A stretch of 62,211 bases of DNA, filler included, from Collodictyon triciliatum (taxonomy: Eukaryota): the NCBI GenBank assembly GCA_043381765.1. It is 5 parts of 5 records of this genome, joined end to end, with 100 filler letters (N's around TTAATTAATTAA, not from the genome) between each part and the next. Parts side by side here need not be neighbours in the genome. Positions count along the whole stretch, not along the records: positions 31,162 to 52,135 come from JBHJMP010000463.1; positions 52,236 to 62,211 come from JBHJMP010000464.1; 3 more parts are not named here. One strand, written 5' to 3'. The position numbers and the translations under genes were made by a program. Below the pieces are notes generated by a model. The model was given only the letters and a program-made list of their open reading frames with translations, did not search any database and was not told the DNA's origin. Shown in pieces: positions 31,259 to 53,146 of the stretch. The stretch's first letter is position 1; every line of letters begins with the position of its first letter.

Positions 31259-31571
31259 GAAAAGGAGAGAAAGAAAGAAAGAGAGAAAGAGAGAAAGAGA
31301 GAAAAGATTAGAAGAAAAGAGAAAAAGAGAAAAGAGAAAAGAATTATGGATAAAAAGAGAAAAAGGGAGAAGAATTGAAAAAAATGAAAAGAATTATGGA
31401 AAAAAGAAAAGAAGAAAAGAGAAAAAGAGAAAAAGGGAGAAGAATTGAAAAAAATGAAAAGAATTATGGAAAAAAGAAAAGAAGAAAAGAGAAAAAGAGA
31501 AAAAGGGAATAAGGGAAAAGAGAAAAACAAAGAAAAAAAGAGAAAGGGAAAGGAGGGGCCAGCGAACCTAC

Positions 31572-31707
31572 AAGAGACTTTTTCGATTATGATCACATTA
31601 AAGATGAGCTCTGCGACGATCAGCAGGCGTGTCATGACGGGCGTGTAGCGCGGATTCGTGAGATAATCAGCGAAAAGAACGCCCAGTTGTCGCACACTCG
31701 AAGACAT
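31572..31707 (-). CDS. ALG3: Dol-P-Man:Man5GlcNAc2-PP-Dol alpha-1,3-mannosyltransferase, first exon only (rest lost at contig join)
   Basis: MSSSVRQLGVLFADYLTNPRYTPVMTRLLIVAELIFNVIIIEKVS, then T|GT donor. This fits the ALG3 pattern LLxAExxxxxxIIxKVxYTEIDW, but the YTEIDW itself is not visible. Confidence 0.65.
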
Positions 31708-32206
31708 TCGTTCCGCTTCTGACTCGGCAGGCCGGCGATTCTTTCAGGCTTTGCTGGATTTCCTTTGCAGCTCAAGAGTGAAAAAAGAAATAATGAAACC
31801 TTGCACGAACGAAAAGAAATATGAGGAGACTGAAAAGTTGTATATATAAAGAAAAGAAAAAAAACGGGAAAGAAGAAGAAAAAAAAAAAACTCAGCCAGC
31901 AACGTATGCTCCAAGAAGCGCCGCAAAAAAGTGAAAATGAAAAGACTTTGCTTGAAGGATACGCACGTTTTCATACCATTTTTGGAATGATTACGCCAAT
32001 CGCGAAACGACCGAAACCAAACCAAATCAAAGGTGGCTCATAGTAAAATAATCAACAAAATGAATCATATTTCCATATATATGTATTCAATATTTCATGC
32101 AAAAAATAAGATAAAAAGGAAAAGAACCCAATTCATGCACCAGATTGATGCACTTTTTCTGCTTTTAAGAAGATGCAATGGCATACGTGTGTGCATATCC
32201 AATCTT

Positions 32207-32371
32207 TTATGATGTCGAAGCAAGTGTCCCACAGAGAACCGCATCACAGCCAAAATGGCTCCACCGTGCGTTTGTGATTCGCTGCATTTGAAGGTAATAT
32301 TTGCTTGTATCATTCAATTCATTCTTGTGCATTCGAAGCCATGTGGCTTTGCGTGATTCGGATGCGTTGTC

Positions 32372-32434
<63 letters not shown>

Positions 32435-33972
32435 TTGAATTGTGAATTGTGAATGCATAGAGTAAATATAAATACAAACATGTGTGAGAGAAAGTTGGGA
32501 AGAAAAGACTCGATGGCCACCAACCTGATGCAATCAATCGATACGATGAATAGGTATCAGGAGAAGAAAAAAATAGGAGGGAAAAAGGAAAAAAAGTTCA
32601 AAATAATTCGATATTACGATACATAAATGAAATGAAATCAGAACGATTATAGCGTAATATTTAATCAGAATTATATCAAATCAACCAGTTGTGGACTGAT
32701 TGTGATGACGACTTGATCAACAATATCTGCATATTCTGATATCAGAACCTCCAAAACGGATGCACCGCCCTCAATCATCACACTCGAAATAGACTCTGGT
32801 AAACTTTCTGCGGTGTGTGATTAATACTGAATATTGCGCACATGCTGAATAGTGAATGCATTTTGCCTTCGTCTGAAATACATTGATGAATAAGTGGAGT
32901 ATAGATGTATAAGGTTTGATCTTAAAAAAAGAATACATCATTTGCATATTCGTCATATATTCATGTCCTTTTCCTATGAAAAAAAAAAAGAAATCATCAG
33001 CAAATACCGATAGCGTGTTTCAGATTTATGAGTCTCTTTTCAGAACAGAGCGGTATTAATTTCGCTCCGGCTTCAATCAAAGCCTCTTTCTTTGCCTCGA
33101 TACCACCAACAAATTCGTTCTCATCTTAATCAGAAAAGATGAAAGTCAGATGGTACAAATCAAAAATACTATCCCTGCGGTCTCATGTGCTGTAGATAAA
33201 CTTCTTTTTTATACTATTATTTTTGATAACATAAGCATACGAAGATAAACAGAATATTTTCTCTCACGATATATTATCATAGGTCTTCGGCATCGTGGGT
33301 CAGTAAAAAGCTTTCTATCGAGGGGCGTTTCAAGTCTCGCGTCCAAAATGACAGGCTGCGGATTATCACCTAAATTCAAGGATGCTGATCAAACGATTGA
33401 AGGCGTATTGATGATTCTTTTGCGACTTGTAATAAATTTGTAGTGAATGGATTGAAATGAAGTTTCTCATCAAATGAATTATACCTTAAAAGATAACGAA
33501 GCAAAACAAAACAAAAAAAGAAAGAAAGACGCAATCATTCGTTCGTAAACCTTCTACGAATCGGACATTCAATGAAGGGTTGTCTACCACAACAGTGTTC
33601 TTTCCTACCATTATGGCATCATGGCAACTTTGTTTTGTATGAATAATGAAGAGAAGAGGAAATTGAAAATGAGCTTCATCCGAATTATGATTCCACGATA
33701 CATAATTGAATGATATCACTTCGAGTCAAGCCCTTGCAAACGTGCATACCTCCTTAATGAATGTGTCATCTTCATCGACTCTTCGCAACTGAGAACCAGT
33801 TGAGTTCCTTGATGGGGTATATAAGTCAATTACAATCGGCCTGGAGCAAATCACGAGAAAAATAAAATAAAATCGCAAGATGGGAAAATTCTTTTGTTGG
33901 TAGAAACATATATTTTATTTGGATGATTTCGATATTTGTTTTGTTCGTAGGGATTGTAACCAACAACAACGG

Positions 33973-34003
<31 letters not shown>

Positions 34004-34679
34004 GATAATGATAATGATAATGATAATGATAATGATAATGATAATGATAATGATAATGATAATGATAATGATNNNNNNNNNNNNNNNNNNNNNNNNNNNN
34101 NNNNNNNNNNNNNNNNNNNNNNNNNNNNNNNNNNNNNNNNNNNNNNNNNNNNNNNNNNNNNNNNNNNNNNNNATGATAATGATAATGATAATGATAATGA
34201 TAATGATAATGATAATGATAATGATAATGATAATGATAATGATAATGATAATGATAATGATAATGATAATGATAATGATAATGATAATGATAATATAAAA
34301 CCTTTTTTTCCAGTGATAGACCCGTCCAAGCTCTGTGCGTACGTTACTGTGACATAGGGCCTTTTCTGTGTCTGCCGGAACGATTCGCAACGCTCTTTGA
34401 ACCTAAGGTATGGTCAAAAATATTCTTGGCGCGCTTGAGCTGGCTCCTCCCAAGTATATACGCAATATTTTTTTTCCAAAACAAAGAAAAAGACAAAGAA
34501 AAATACAAAAAGAAAACAAAAACAAAAAAAAATACAAAAACAAAAACAAAAACAAAAACAAAAACAAAAACAAAAACAAAAACAAAAAAGAAAAAAATAA
34601 GTTTTGAATAAGCGACCGACTTTCTCGCACCGCCTGCGAAGTCACCACCGATGCGACTCAGTGCCTCGTCTGCGGACAT
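32207..34679 (-). CDS. RIB7: 2,5-diamino-6-ribosylamino-4(3H)-pyrimidinone 5'-phosphate reductase (stand-alone RibD_C / Rib7-type), about 9 exons
   Basis: KRPYVTVTYAQSLDGSI; LSCEESMKMTHSLRSCHDAIMVGKNTVVVDNPSLNVR; NPQPVILDARLETP; SVMIEGGASVL; VDQVVITISPQLVGG; FGCDAV. Stop TAA at 32207-32209. Confidence 0.88.
33977..34293. repeat. (GATAAT)n microsatellite with 100-N gap (34073-34172), RIB7 intron
   Basis: Perfect hexamer tandem on both sides of the gap. Confidence 0.96.
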
Positions 34680-34958
34680 CCTCACAACCGTTTTCCTGCC
34701 CCGCATAAAACAACAACAACACGAACCGGACAGAAAATAAACAACACGCAAACAAAAAGACTCAGCACAGTTTGTTGTTCCACCACATTTCACACAAGCT
34801 TCTTTTTTACTCGTTCGTGTTTATGCTTTCAGAAAGAAAGGTTGAAGCAAAGAACACGCCAAACTGATTGTTTGATAGGGATTGTTTGATAGGGATTGTT
34901 CGACACGCCAAAAGAATAGATGAGGAGGCGAAACCAGAGACGGCAGGAATGCGCCGAC

Positions 34959-44771
<9,813 letters not shown>

Positions 44772-45315
44772 ATCGATCTGCGATGTTCTTGACCAACCGA
44801 ACAAATGAATAATACGATATTTTATTAGCTGGTTTTTTTTGTTTCTTTTGCTTTGTGTATTTGGTTTTTGTTTTGTTTTTTGTTTTGTTTTTTGTTTTGT
44901 TTTTTGTTTTGTTTTTTGAGCCTTTATCCGCCACACGTGTGGAACAATATATACGGGCAGTGGGACTCGGTCATCAGATGTCCCTTGGCTTTTGCGTACT
45001 TTTTCTCTGCTTTGATTGGACAAGACTTGGGAAAAAGGAGAAGAGAGGGAAGAAGGGACATATGAACCACAGGGGAAAAGGGGAGACAGGCGCTAGTGTG
45101 CCGCTATGCCATAACGCATATATGGAACATTCCATAGCAGGAATGGAAAGAGGTATCTTACGGTACATATGATACGATGCTTTTCATTTCCTGTTTTGGG
45201 GGTGCATATCCGCGGGATATGTCAAAAGTCACTCTTCTGGCAGTTTTTGCGGGCGCTGTGCGACGTGCCCCTCCCAAAAGATTCAAAATGAGCCAGCATG
45301 TGAAGATGTTGCGTA

Positions 45316-48300
45316 CTACAAGAGGTTTGGATTTCGCTGGCAGCGATTATTTTTCAAGACTAGATGCTCGCATGATTCTGCCACAACCAACTTCGCGTTA
45401 AAATCATACCCAAACACGATGCAGCCATCGCCGGTGGGATTAAAGAAAATACTCTGGGGAGTGATGACCGAATCAACTGCGGTTCTGCACTTCGCTTTTG
45501 AAGAGATTTGTGTAGGCGAGTATTTTTGCAGTTCATCCCAACTCCAATTCAGCGCATACAAAGAGACTTTGTCAGTGATTCCGACAATTTGGTGACCCTC
45601 ATTGCAGGGAGGCCGGAGCTGCAAACTTGAATTAAGCACGCAGAGCCTTTTGAGTTGAATTGTCGGCATCTCAAGGTCGTTAAAGTTCACATATCCCTCG
45701 ATTTTTTCCTACAGGACTTGCGCTGGGTGTTGATGAAACGTGAAGTGGCTCAAGCTGCAAGAGCCGTCAGCAGGTATACAGGGGAGTAATCTTTCTGCGG
45801 GAATAACCCTCTTGTTGAATGATTCTATCGTCTCTTCGTCCTTCTTCTTGGAAACGATGAGAGGAATAAGGGAAACTGGTTCGTGCGGGGATTCCGAGTA
45901 GTGATATATCACTGATTTCAACTCTTCTACTATTTGATTTAGGTAGGTAATGCTCTCCGTCCTGGAATAATCTTTCTTTTTATGATGAACAGACAAGTCA
46001 ATCGCGAGAACAAGTATCCTGGAGTGGACATAGTAAATCTTGTGAAATTTATCCCTCCATTTTAAGAGAGTAGCTTTTTTAATCCCCTATGCAGAAAGCT
46101 GCTGCGCAAGGGGGATGGCTCCGGATATCGCACGCAGAGGCGATATCAAGACATTGCTCACATCCTCTGCGTGGTTGTTGTGTATAATCAAAACTTAAAG
46201 TCGGTTCACTAGGTGGGTACATCTCTATCACAAACGAGATTTCATCACCGACATTTTCCACATGCAAGTCTTGCGTGCTATGGCTAAAACAGTGTGTTGG
46301 TGCTAGATCCTGAGCCTTGAGTGAAAAGGGCACCTTGTCCCTTTCAACGATGAGGAATTCGACTTGTGGTATGCCCTTATGTGTAGGTACAATTCGCTTC
46401 CAGAATAAATGATTTGCCACAACAGGTGCAGCTTCTTTAGATTGAACATATGCATGTCTTATTTTTGTGAATATGGTGCGCATTGATATTGTTAGATGAA
46501 CCGAATCATCTGAAATCATGTGAAAAGTAGTATTCCTGTACTCATTTATGTAATCCAAAACCTCTAGTGTCACAACATACGGTGAAAAGTCAATTTTTTT
46601 GGAGCGCAATCAAAGTCCCATAACCACACTATTGTCGGTGTTTGTCAGTACATACGATTCAGATAAATTATCATGAAGCAAAAGAGATATGGCCCCATAA
46701 TCGGGTTCATTAATGTTGTCCAGGAAGCTATAGCCTCCGTATTGCCGTTCCCTACAATAAGAGAACACGAAACGCCAATTTTAGGTCGAATATCTTTGTT
46801 GTCAGTGCGTAAATGGATGATAGACTGTCGTTCCATGTTCAGTTTTTTTATCCTACATATATCGGACTCCATAATATTGTTGCATGAGACATAGTCGCTG
46901 GTCCTAAATTCATTCATCCTTGACAACTCTGCTCTAGGTACGGTTTGACTATAGAATATGATTTTAAGTGCGCTGGTGGATCAAATATGAGACTCCCTGA
47001 CCTGTCTATTAGTTGCAATATGAATTTTTTGTCAAAAGAAAGGTCATCCGCGATTGGACTTTCTCGGCCAGCCTCATAAATTGATACATGACTTTTCCTG
47101 AAGCAAATAACATAATCCCTATCGCGAGCTAGGATGGTTTCTGGTCCAACTATAGTAGATATGATGCCGGATACGATCTCTTTTCCAAGATGCAAGTGTT
47201 CTTCCCACGAAGAAAAATAGCGTAATAACTGTCTATTCCTGAGTCACTCAGCTTCTTTAAATATGATTCCTCAACCCCACAAATAGACCAATGGACGAAT
47301 GGTCCACAAAAGATGCTAACAAAATGTGTTTGAGAATGTCATAGTCACTGCTAAAGATATGTGTCGACAGAGGTGCGATACTGGTGTACCAGAAGCAGAG
47401 GGTTTGACTGTTCCTTGAAAATCTTGCAAATGATTTAATATAAATTCTCTTTCATTCAGTGAAACGTAGCATTTTACATAATCCATCACATGGGGAATCA
47501 TGTCAAGTATCTAGACGTTTCATTTGTTGAGTTAGTGAAGAATAAAAATACTATATTCGATTTTTCTTTTTTTCTTTTTCTTTTTCTTTTTCTTTTTCTT
47601 TTTCTTTTTCTTTTTCTTTTTCTTTTTCTTTTTCTTTTTCTTTTTCTTTTTCTTTTTCTTTTTCTTTTTCTTTTTCTTTTTCTTTTTCNNNNNNNNNNNN
47701 NNNNNNNNNNNNNNNNNNNNNNNNNNNNNNNNNNNNNNNNNNNNNNNNNNNNNNNNNNNNNNNNNNNNNNNNNNNNNNNNNNNNNNNNTTTTTCTTTTTC
47801 TTTTTCTTTTTCTTTTTCTTTTTCTTTTTCTTTTTCTTTTTCTTTTTCTTTTTCTTTTTCTTTTTCTTTTTCTTTTTCTTTTTTTATATTTCTGCAATCT
47901 ACTCTTGAAGGATTCATAAATATGTAGGATATGGTATTACTTAGACAATAATTCGACGTATTCTCAAAGGGGATGAATCGGCTTTTTGATAAAAAAAATC
48001 CTTGGTGCGATGGTTGAAGTAATCAATTAATAGATTTCTGGACGAGGTTGGCTGGCTTAAAAAAAAGTGAGTTAAATAACTGAGCCAAAAAAAACCAGGC
48101 AATTTATACAAATATCAAAATTGAATTGGAAAACTTGTTTTTAACTAATAAAGAATAGTCTTGCCTGTACTGATGTTCATCATAAAAAATCCTATTACAG
48201 AAATTTTTCTTTAGTGTTTCAACGAAGGCAAAATAATTTTTGGTAAGCACCTCATGGTCATTGTTAAAAAGGTCTGCCACAGAAAGTATTCCGCCGAGCG

Positions 48301-51300
48301 ATATCCCGCCAGGAACCACTCTTGTTTTAGGTATAAAGTGATTTTAAAAGAAAAATGGGAAAAGAAAAAGAGAGTTTTGAAACTGAAGTTGAAAAAGAAA
48401 AGAAAAAATGAAATAAAACAGCCAGCATGCCAGGGAAAATGTGGATAATTATTTGTGTAAATTTTACGAAGTTGGGCTAATTCTAATTGACAGAAATTTG
48501 TAAAGATTAAGTACAACTGGCTGGTGGATAAGATAAAGCTGTAAATTACCTCATGGCGATGCTGTAAATGATTTACTTTGTCAGTTGGATATCAACAGGC
48601 AGTTTCACGCACAAATGTCCGTATTTTGTCAGCTATTTCATGAAAATAAAATGTTAGACATTGAATGAACTTAAAAAAGATTTCATGAAAGATTATAGCT
48701 GTTTATTCCCATTTACTCGAAAGTCGCGTCTGAAACCAGATATTGCCCCTTTTTTTTTTATGAGGGAGGAAACGACAGCATCTATTTGGCTATTTGAGGG
48801 TTCTAATATTAATTCAGATAATATTTCATCAAAATCCCCGTATTAGGACATTTTCGATTTAATGCGTAATAGTAGCAGCTCAATATCAATCCTGTAGTAA
48901 GATTTTGTAAGCAATAGCAAGGTGCAGTATACTAAACTCCCAAATAACCCGTTTACACTTAATTAAATGATACTTGATATTTCTACTCTTAGTTGTTTTT
49001 TTTTAAAAAAAAAAAAACAACTGTTTCATACCTTTCAATTTCTGATTTTCCATATGGTCTGAATACTTCTTTCATCCACCATCTAGGGAAAACATCAATA
49101 GTGATTCCTGTGTGTGTTCTTCCTACTCGAACACTTCTCTGTCTGCACGATACCAAGGAGCACCATGTAGTCTCAAACCTGGCCAATTCGTAAATATCGT
49201 CATACCTTATAAGTTATCTGGGAAAATCAGGGAATATATCATCTTGTAACCTTTTTTAATAGTCTTCTCGATTTTTGAAAGATACATCTATTATATGATA
49301 TCAATATATTCTTCTCGTCAAATCAAATCGAGAAAATGAAACCGAATTTCTTTAGTTTATCCATCGTTGATGACAAATGAAACGCTTGGTATTGTAATAC
49401 TGCTTTCGGCAATGTTTGTCGTTAGTACTGACTTCAAATGCTCAGAAGGAGGTGTCTATATTATATTAAATCAGATTTTCTGAAATCGCATGAAAATAAT
49501 AAAATAAGAATGTTATTTTAAGGTAAAAAAGAATAGCTAAGCGAACTTATGATAGAGGACATTTTTAAGATGATGATACAAAGTATGCTTATTATATTAA
49601 TATTTAGAAAAGCATTAAAAAAAAAAAAGAGCTCATTTGTGCATTTGGTCCTTGTAATATTCATTTTGTAAACGTGTAAATTATCAAAAGTGCCTATTTT
49701 GATCATCTTGCGAAGAAAACGAGTGAATCATTATGAAAGATACAGGGACGGGTATTTCTTGTAACCTTTGCTTAATCTACCCATAAACTTCATCGATTTG
49801 ATTCAGCCCAGGTGGGAATTTGAGTACACAAGAATCTGGCATGCATACTGTTTTCTGTACGAAGGTTAATTATGAGATGATTCCAGGTACAGTAGGTGAT
49901 TATAAGGAATACATGAAATAGTAGGTATTTATTATATTCTAAAAAGATAAAAACACAAACTCGAGTTGATCATTTAACTAGATTTTCAATATTTATACCA
50001 AGTTTGTTGATCTGAAATAGTCCTCACGATTAACTGATATATTAGCTCCTTTTTGGATTTCAAGTATTGATTTTTATTTACAAAGTAACTTCGACCATGC
50101 CTTTCTAATGAGAATTGAAATCGCTATATAATATAGGATAGATGAGTTTTTTGCTATTTTCTTCCTTTTTTTAAGATTTTTTTTATTCTTCCTTTCAACT
50201 TTTGTGCAGGACCGAGGGGGTTCCTTTTTTTAAGATATTTCCTATTCCTGTTGTGTTTTTAGTCCAGGGAATTAATAAATACTTATGATGGAATAGTATA
50301 TGATTGATTTTTTGAACATGCGCCTCGGAAATATGGCACATATCGAGGTAACATTGGTATCGCTCCTTTTTTTTGTGAAAGAAAATACCCATGTTGCAAG
50401 TTCATCCAGAGTCAAATCATAAACAGGATGTCTCTTCGAACCAATTATCAATGGCTGACTGACAGTTAAGTCAACTCCAGAAAAGTACCTGGTTACAGAT
50501 GAAATATTCATAAGTGATAAATTGGTAAAAGAGGCATTCAAACAAGTATGCTGGATGCATTCAACATAAGAACAAACCCACTTCATATCCTACATGAGCG
50601 AGTGATGAAGCGGCAAACATTTTATTTGTATTATTCCTTTCAATTTGTACGATGAAGTGGTGTACTTTTAATGTAAATAATAATCCAAAGTAGCCGACAT
50701 CACTAATAGTTTAACATGAGGAAACCTAATTATGTATGATTTTTAACTTCCGATGATAATAAGTCGATAGACCATAATAGTTCACATTTCGTTCAAAAGA
50801 CATAGATGTGCGAACTTTTTTGCGACTTTGGAGGTGACAAGAAGAAGCAAATCAATATCGACAATTCGTTCGTGCGTTTCTTCTATAATGATGTGAGTAT
50901 ACTTTGATATCTCCTCTGGCTTTGAGTGCAACATGGCCTATTAGGGAGTAGCGAAGCCTTTTTAAAATCAATTCATTTTAAGCTATATTTGATTTTAAAA
51001 TAAAACAGCACTTGAGGAATGAATGTGAAAAAAGGTTAAAAAAATTATAAACAAGACTTGAAGTGCGAATCCTGCAGTTGCAATGGTGATGCGTGTATTT
51101 TGGGACACTGCAGACTCCATCGAGATTCGATATCCAACAATATCACCAAATGCTGAATCGGTAAGGTCGGAGCATCTCTTGGAGAGCGCTTGAGCAGCCA
51201 GTCTTCTTGGTTGCATGACTAGGATATTCGGCCGGACATCCAATCTGGCATGGAATGCGTCATAATGTGGTATGGAACCAGAGAGGCAGAGTATCTCATT

Positions 51301-51685
51301 CATAAGAGCAGGTGGGATTCAAACAAAATATCTTACGTGGTTATATATTTATACATATTTTAAAAAAATGGAGAAACCTGGCCCAATGCTGGTGCAAATA
51401 GAGAGGCACGTAGGTACTTTTGCCGCACCCAGCGTCGCCCTGGATAATAACAACGTTGTGCGCCATGACAGCCGAGGCGATTTCAGCCCGGTGCGAATCC
51501 GCATTTCTGGTCTCGTGTGATGCTGCTGCGTTTCCATTGCCTTTGCTTCTGACTTGCTCAACCCCAGACAATGCTTTGTCCCAGTTCCTCTCTTTGTCCA
51601 ACTCCCGAAGTCTTTCCATCGGAGCTGCGTGCTGCTTGTTTGTGTCTGTTTCTGCAAGAAATCTATCGTTTGATGAGAAGAACAT
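45316..51685 (-). pseudogene. Decayed, intron-retaining DEAH-box RNA helicase pseudogene with a long unrecognised C-terminal region (both ends approximate)
   Basis: Motifs GDAGCGKST, QPRRLAA, IIIEETHER (Walker B D>E), VMSATL, TNIAESSITIP, QRSVRVGR and HA2 LTKYG...LPVD. In-frame stops at 49357-49359 (VINDG*TKEI), 48843-48845 (KMS*YGDF) and 45709-45711, with probable ones at 49777-49779 and 48573-48575. Frameshifts across 46000-47320. Expected GT donors read GA (50684-50685) and TT (50568-50569). Confidence 0.85.
47561..47886. repeat. (TTTTTC)n microsatellite with 100-N gap (47689-47788)
   Basis: Perfect hexamer tandem. Confidence 0.96.
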
Positions 51686-52135
51686 TTATAATTCTGGAAA
51701 ATTAAATATATTGCTTATAAAAATTTATATTGTTCACTAAAATACAATTAAATGCCATAAAATATATTTTAGTCAATAATATAATGCTGCTGATTATGTA
51801 TATTTGGTTGTGTAGTGTTTTAGGTACTGCGAGCCACATTCCGCTATTTTGGGTATTTACCGAATCCCCAAACTCCCAAAAATCCAACAACCAATCCCAT
51901 TTATGGAAGGAGCCTGTGACGTGTGGTTTCGCAGCAGATCACTATTTGTTTCCAGCCACAAAGCCCGAAGCCGAACCACACACAAAGAAATACATCAGAG
52001 CGACGAAGTAAAGAATAGCCCAAACACTTTCCTGCTGCAGAGAAGAAAGAGGCCCTCGGCAGTCGAAGTGAAAGGAGTGATCGCAAAAGACAAAAAAACA
52101 AAAAACGAAAAAACAAAAAAAAAAAAAAAAAAAAA

Positions 52136-52235
52136 NNNNNNNNNNNNNNNNNNNNNNNNNNNNNNNNNNNNNNNNNNNNTTAATTAATTAANNNNNNNNN
52201 NNNNNNNNNNNNNNNNNNNNNNNNNNNNNNNNNNN
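52136..52235. other. Artificial contig spacer with TTAATTAATTAA (52180-52191)
   Basis: Same 100-nt spacer design. Confidence 0.95.
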
Positions 52236-52379
52236 AAAAGAAGAAAAAGAAGAAGAAAAAGAAGAAGAAAAAGAAGAAGAAAAAGAAGAAGAAAAAGAAG
52301 AAGAAAAAGAAGAAGAAGAAAAAGAAAAAATGGGACGGAGGTAAACAAAGAAAGAAAAAATGCAAAGTTATAGCCGTAC

Positions 52380-53071
52380 TTTCCCATAATAATGCGGGAA
52401 TCGTTCCTCATCTTCAATCACATGAGCAAAGCCGCCACTTCTACTTCCAAACTCTACATGAAAGTATGGGAAATCTTTCGGAATAGATCGACTGTTTGAA
52501 GGATTGGAGAAACGAAGTGAGGGGAGTGAGTCGATTCATGCGCCAAATAAAGAGATAATTAAATGAGTAAAAGAAAACTAATCAATCAAATAGGTGCATA
52601 AAATCGAATCCTCATCATAATTGATCAAACAAACCGAAGTCCTTTCTTGCTGGTATCAATGAGCTTCTTGTTCTGAGACCATTCTTCATCTGACTCCATA
52701 ATGGCTTTCTATTCAAATGATGCCACCAAGATAAATGATTCAGTTTTTATTTTTCTTCCCTTTAATCTGTGCAAGATGAGGAGCAATGACCCGGACATTT
52801 CATTGAGTTTATGTATTTTAAGTGATTCGATTTTCTTTGTCTTTCTCTTCTATTTGTCTGAGGGCTACTAACTCTATAATAAAGAGGTGCATCATGTGCC
52901 AACTCCATAGGAAGCGGGATACACTCGATGAACATATGTCTTTTTTTCTTGTGGTTCGTGTTGGTTTCGATAAAGATGATACCCTTAGGGGAAAAAAAGG
53001 TTTGTAAAAGTTGGACCATCAATTATATCTCGTAACAATATAAAATATAATTCATAACCTATAATCCATAA

Positions 53072-53146
<75 letters not shown>

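Noticed and set aside
45194-45279. Imperfect inverted repeat (TTTTGGGGGTGC...GTGCCCCTCCCAAAA) with an inner CATATC/GATATG hairpin, as a MITE or structured RNA
   Set aside because: It is short and imperfect, occurs once in the window, and has no clear target-site duplication.
45316-51685. Alternative genetic code (TAA/TAG read as Gln) explaining the in-frame stops of the helicase
   Set aside because: Other genes end in TAG, TAA or TGA, and three ORFs of about 700 codons contain no internal TAA/TAG. The helicase also has frameshifts and broken donors, which fits decay.
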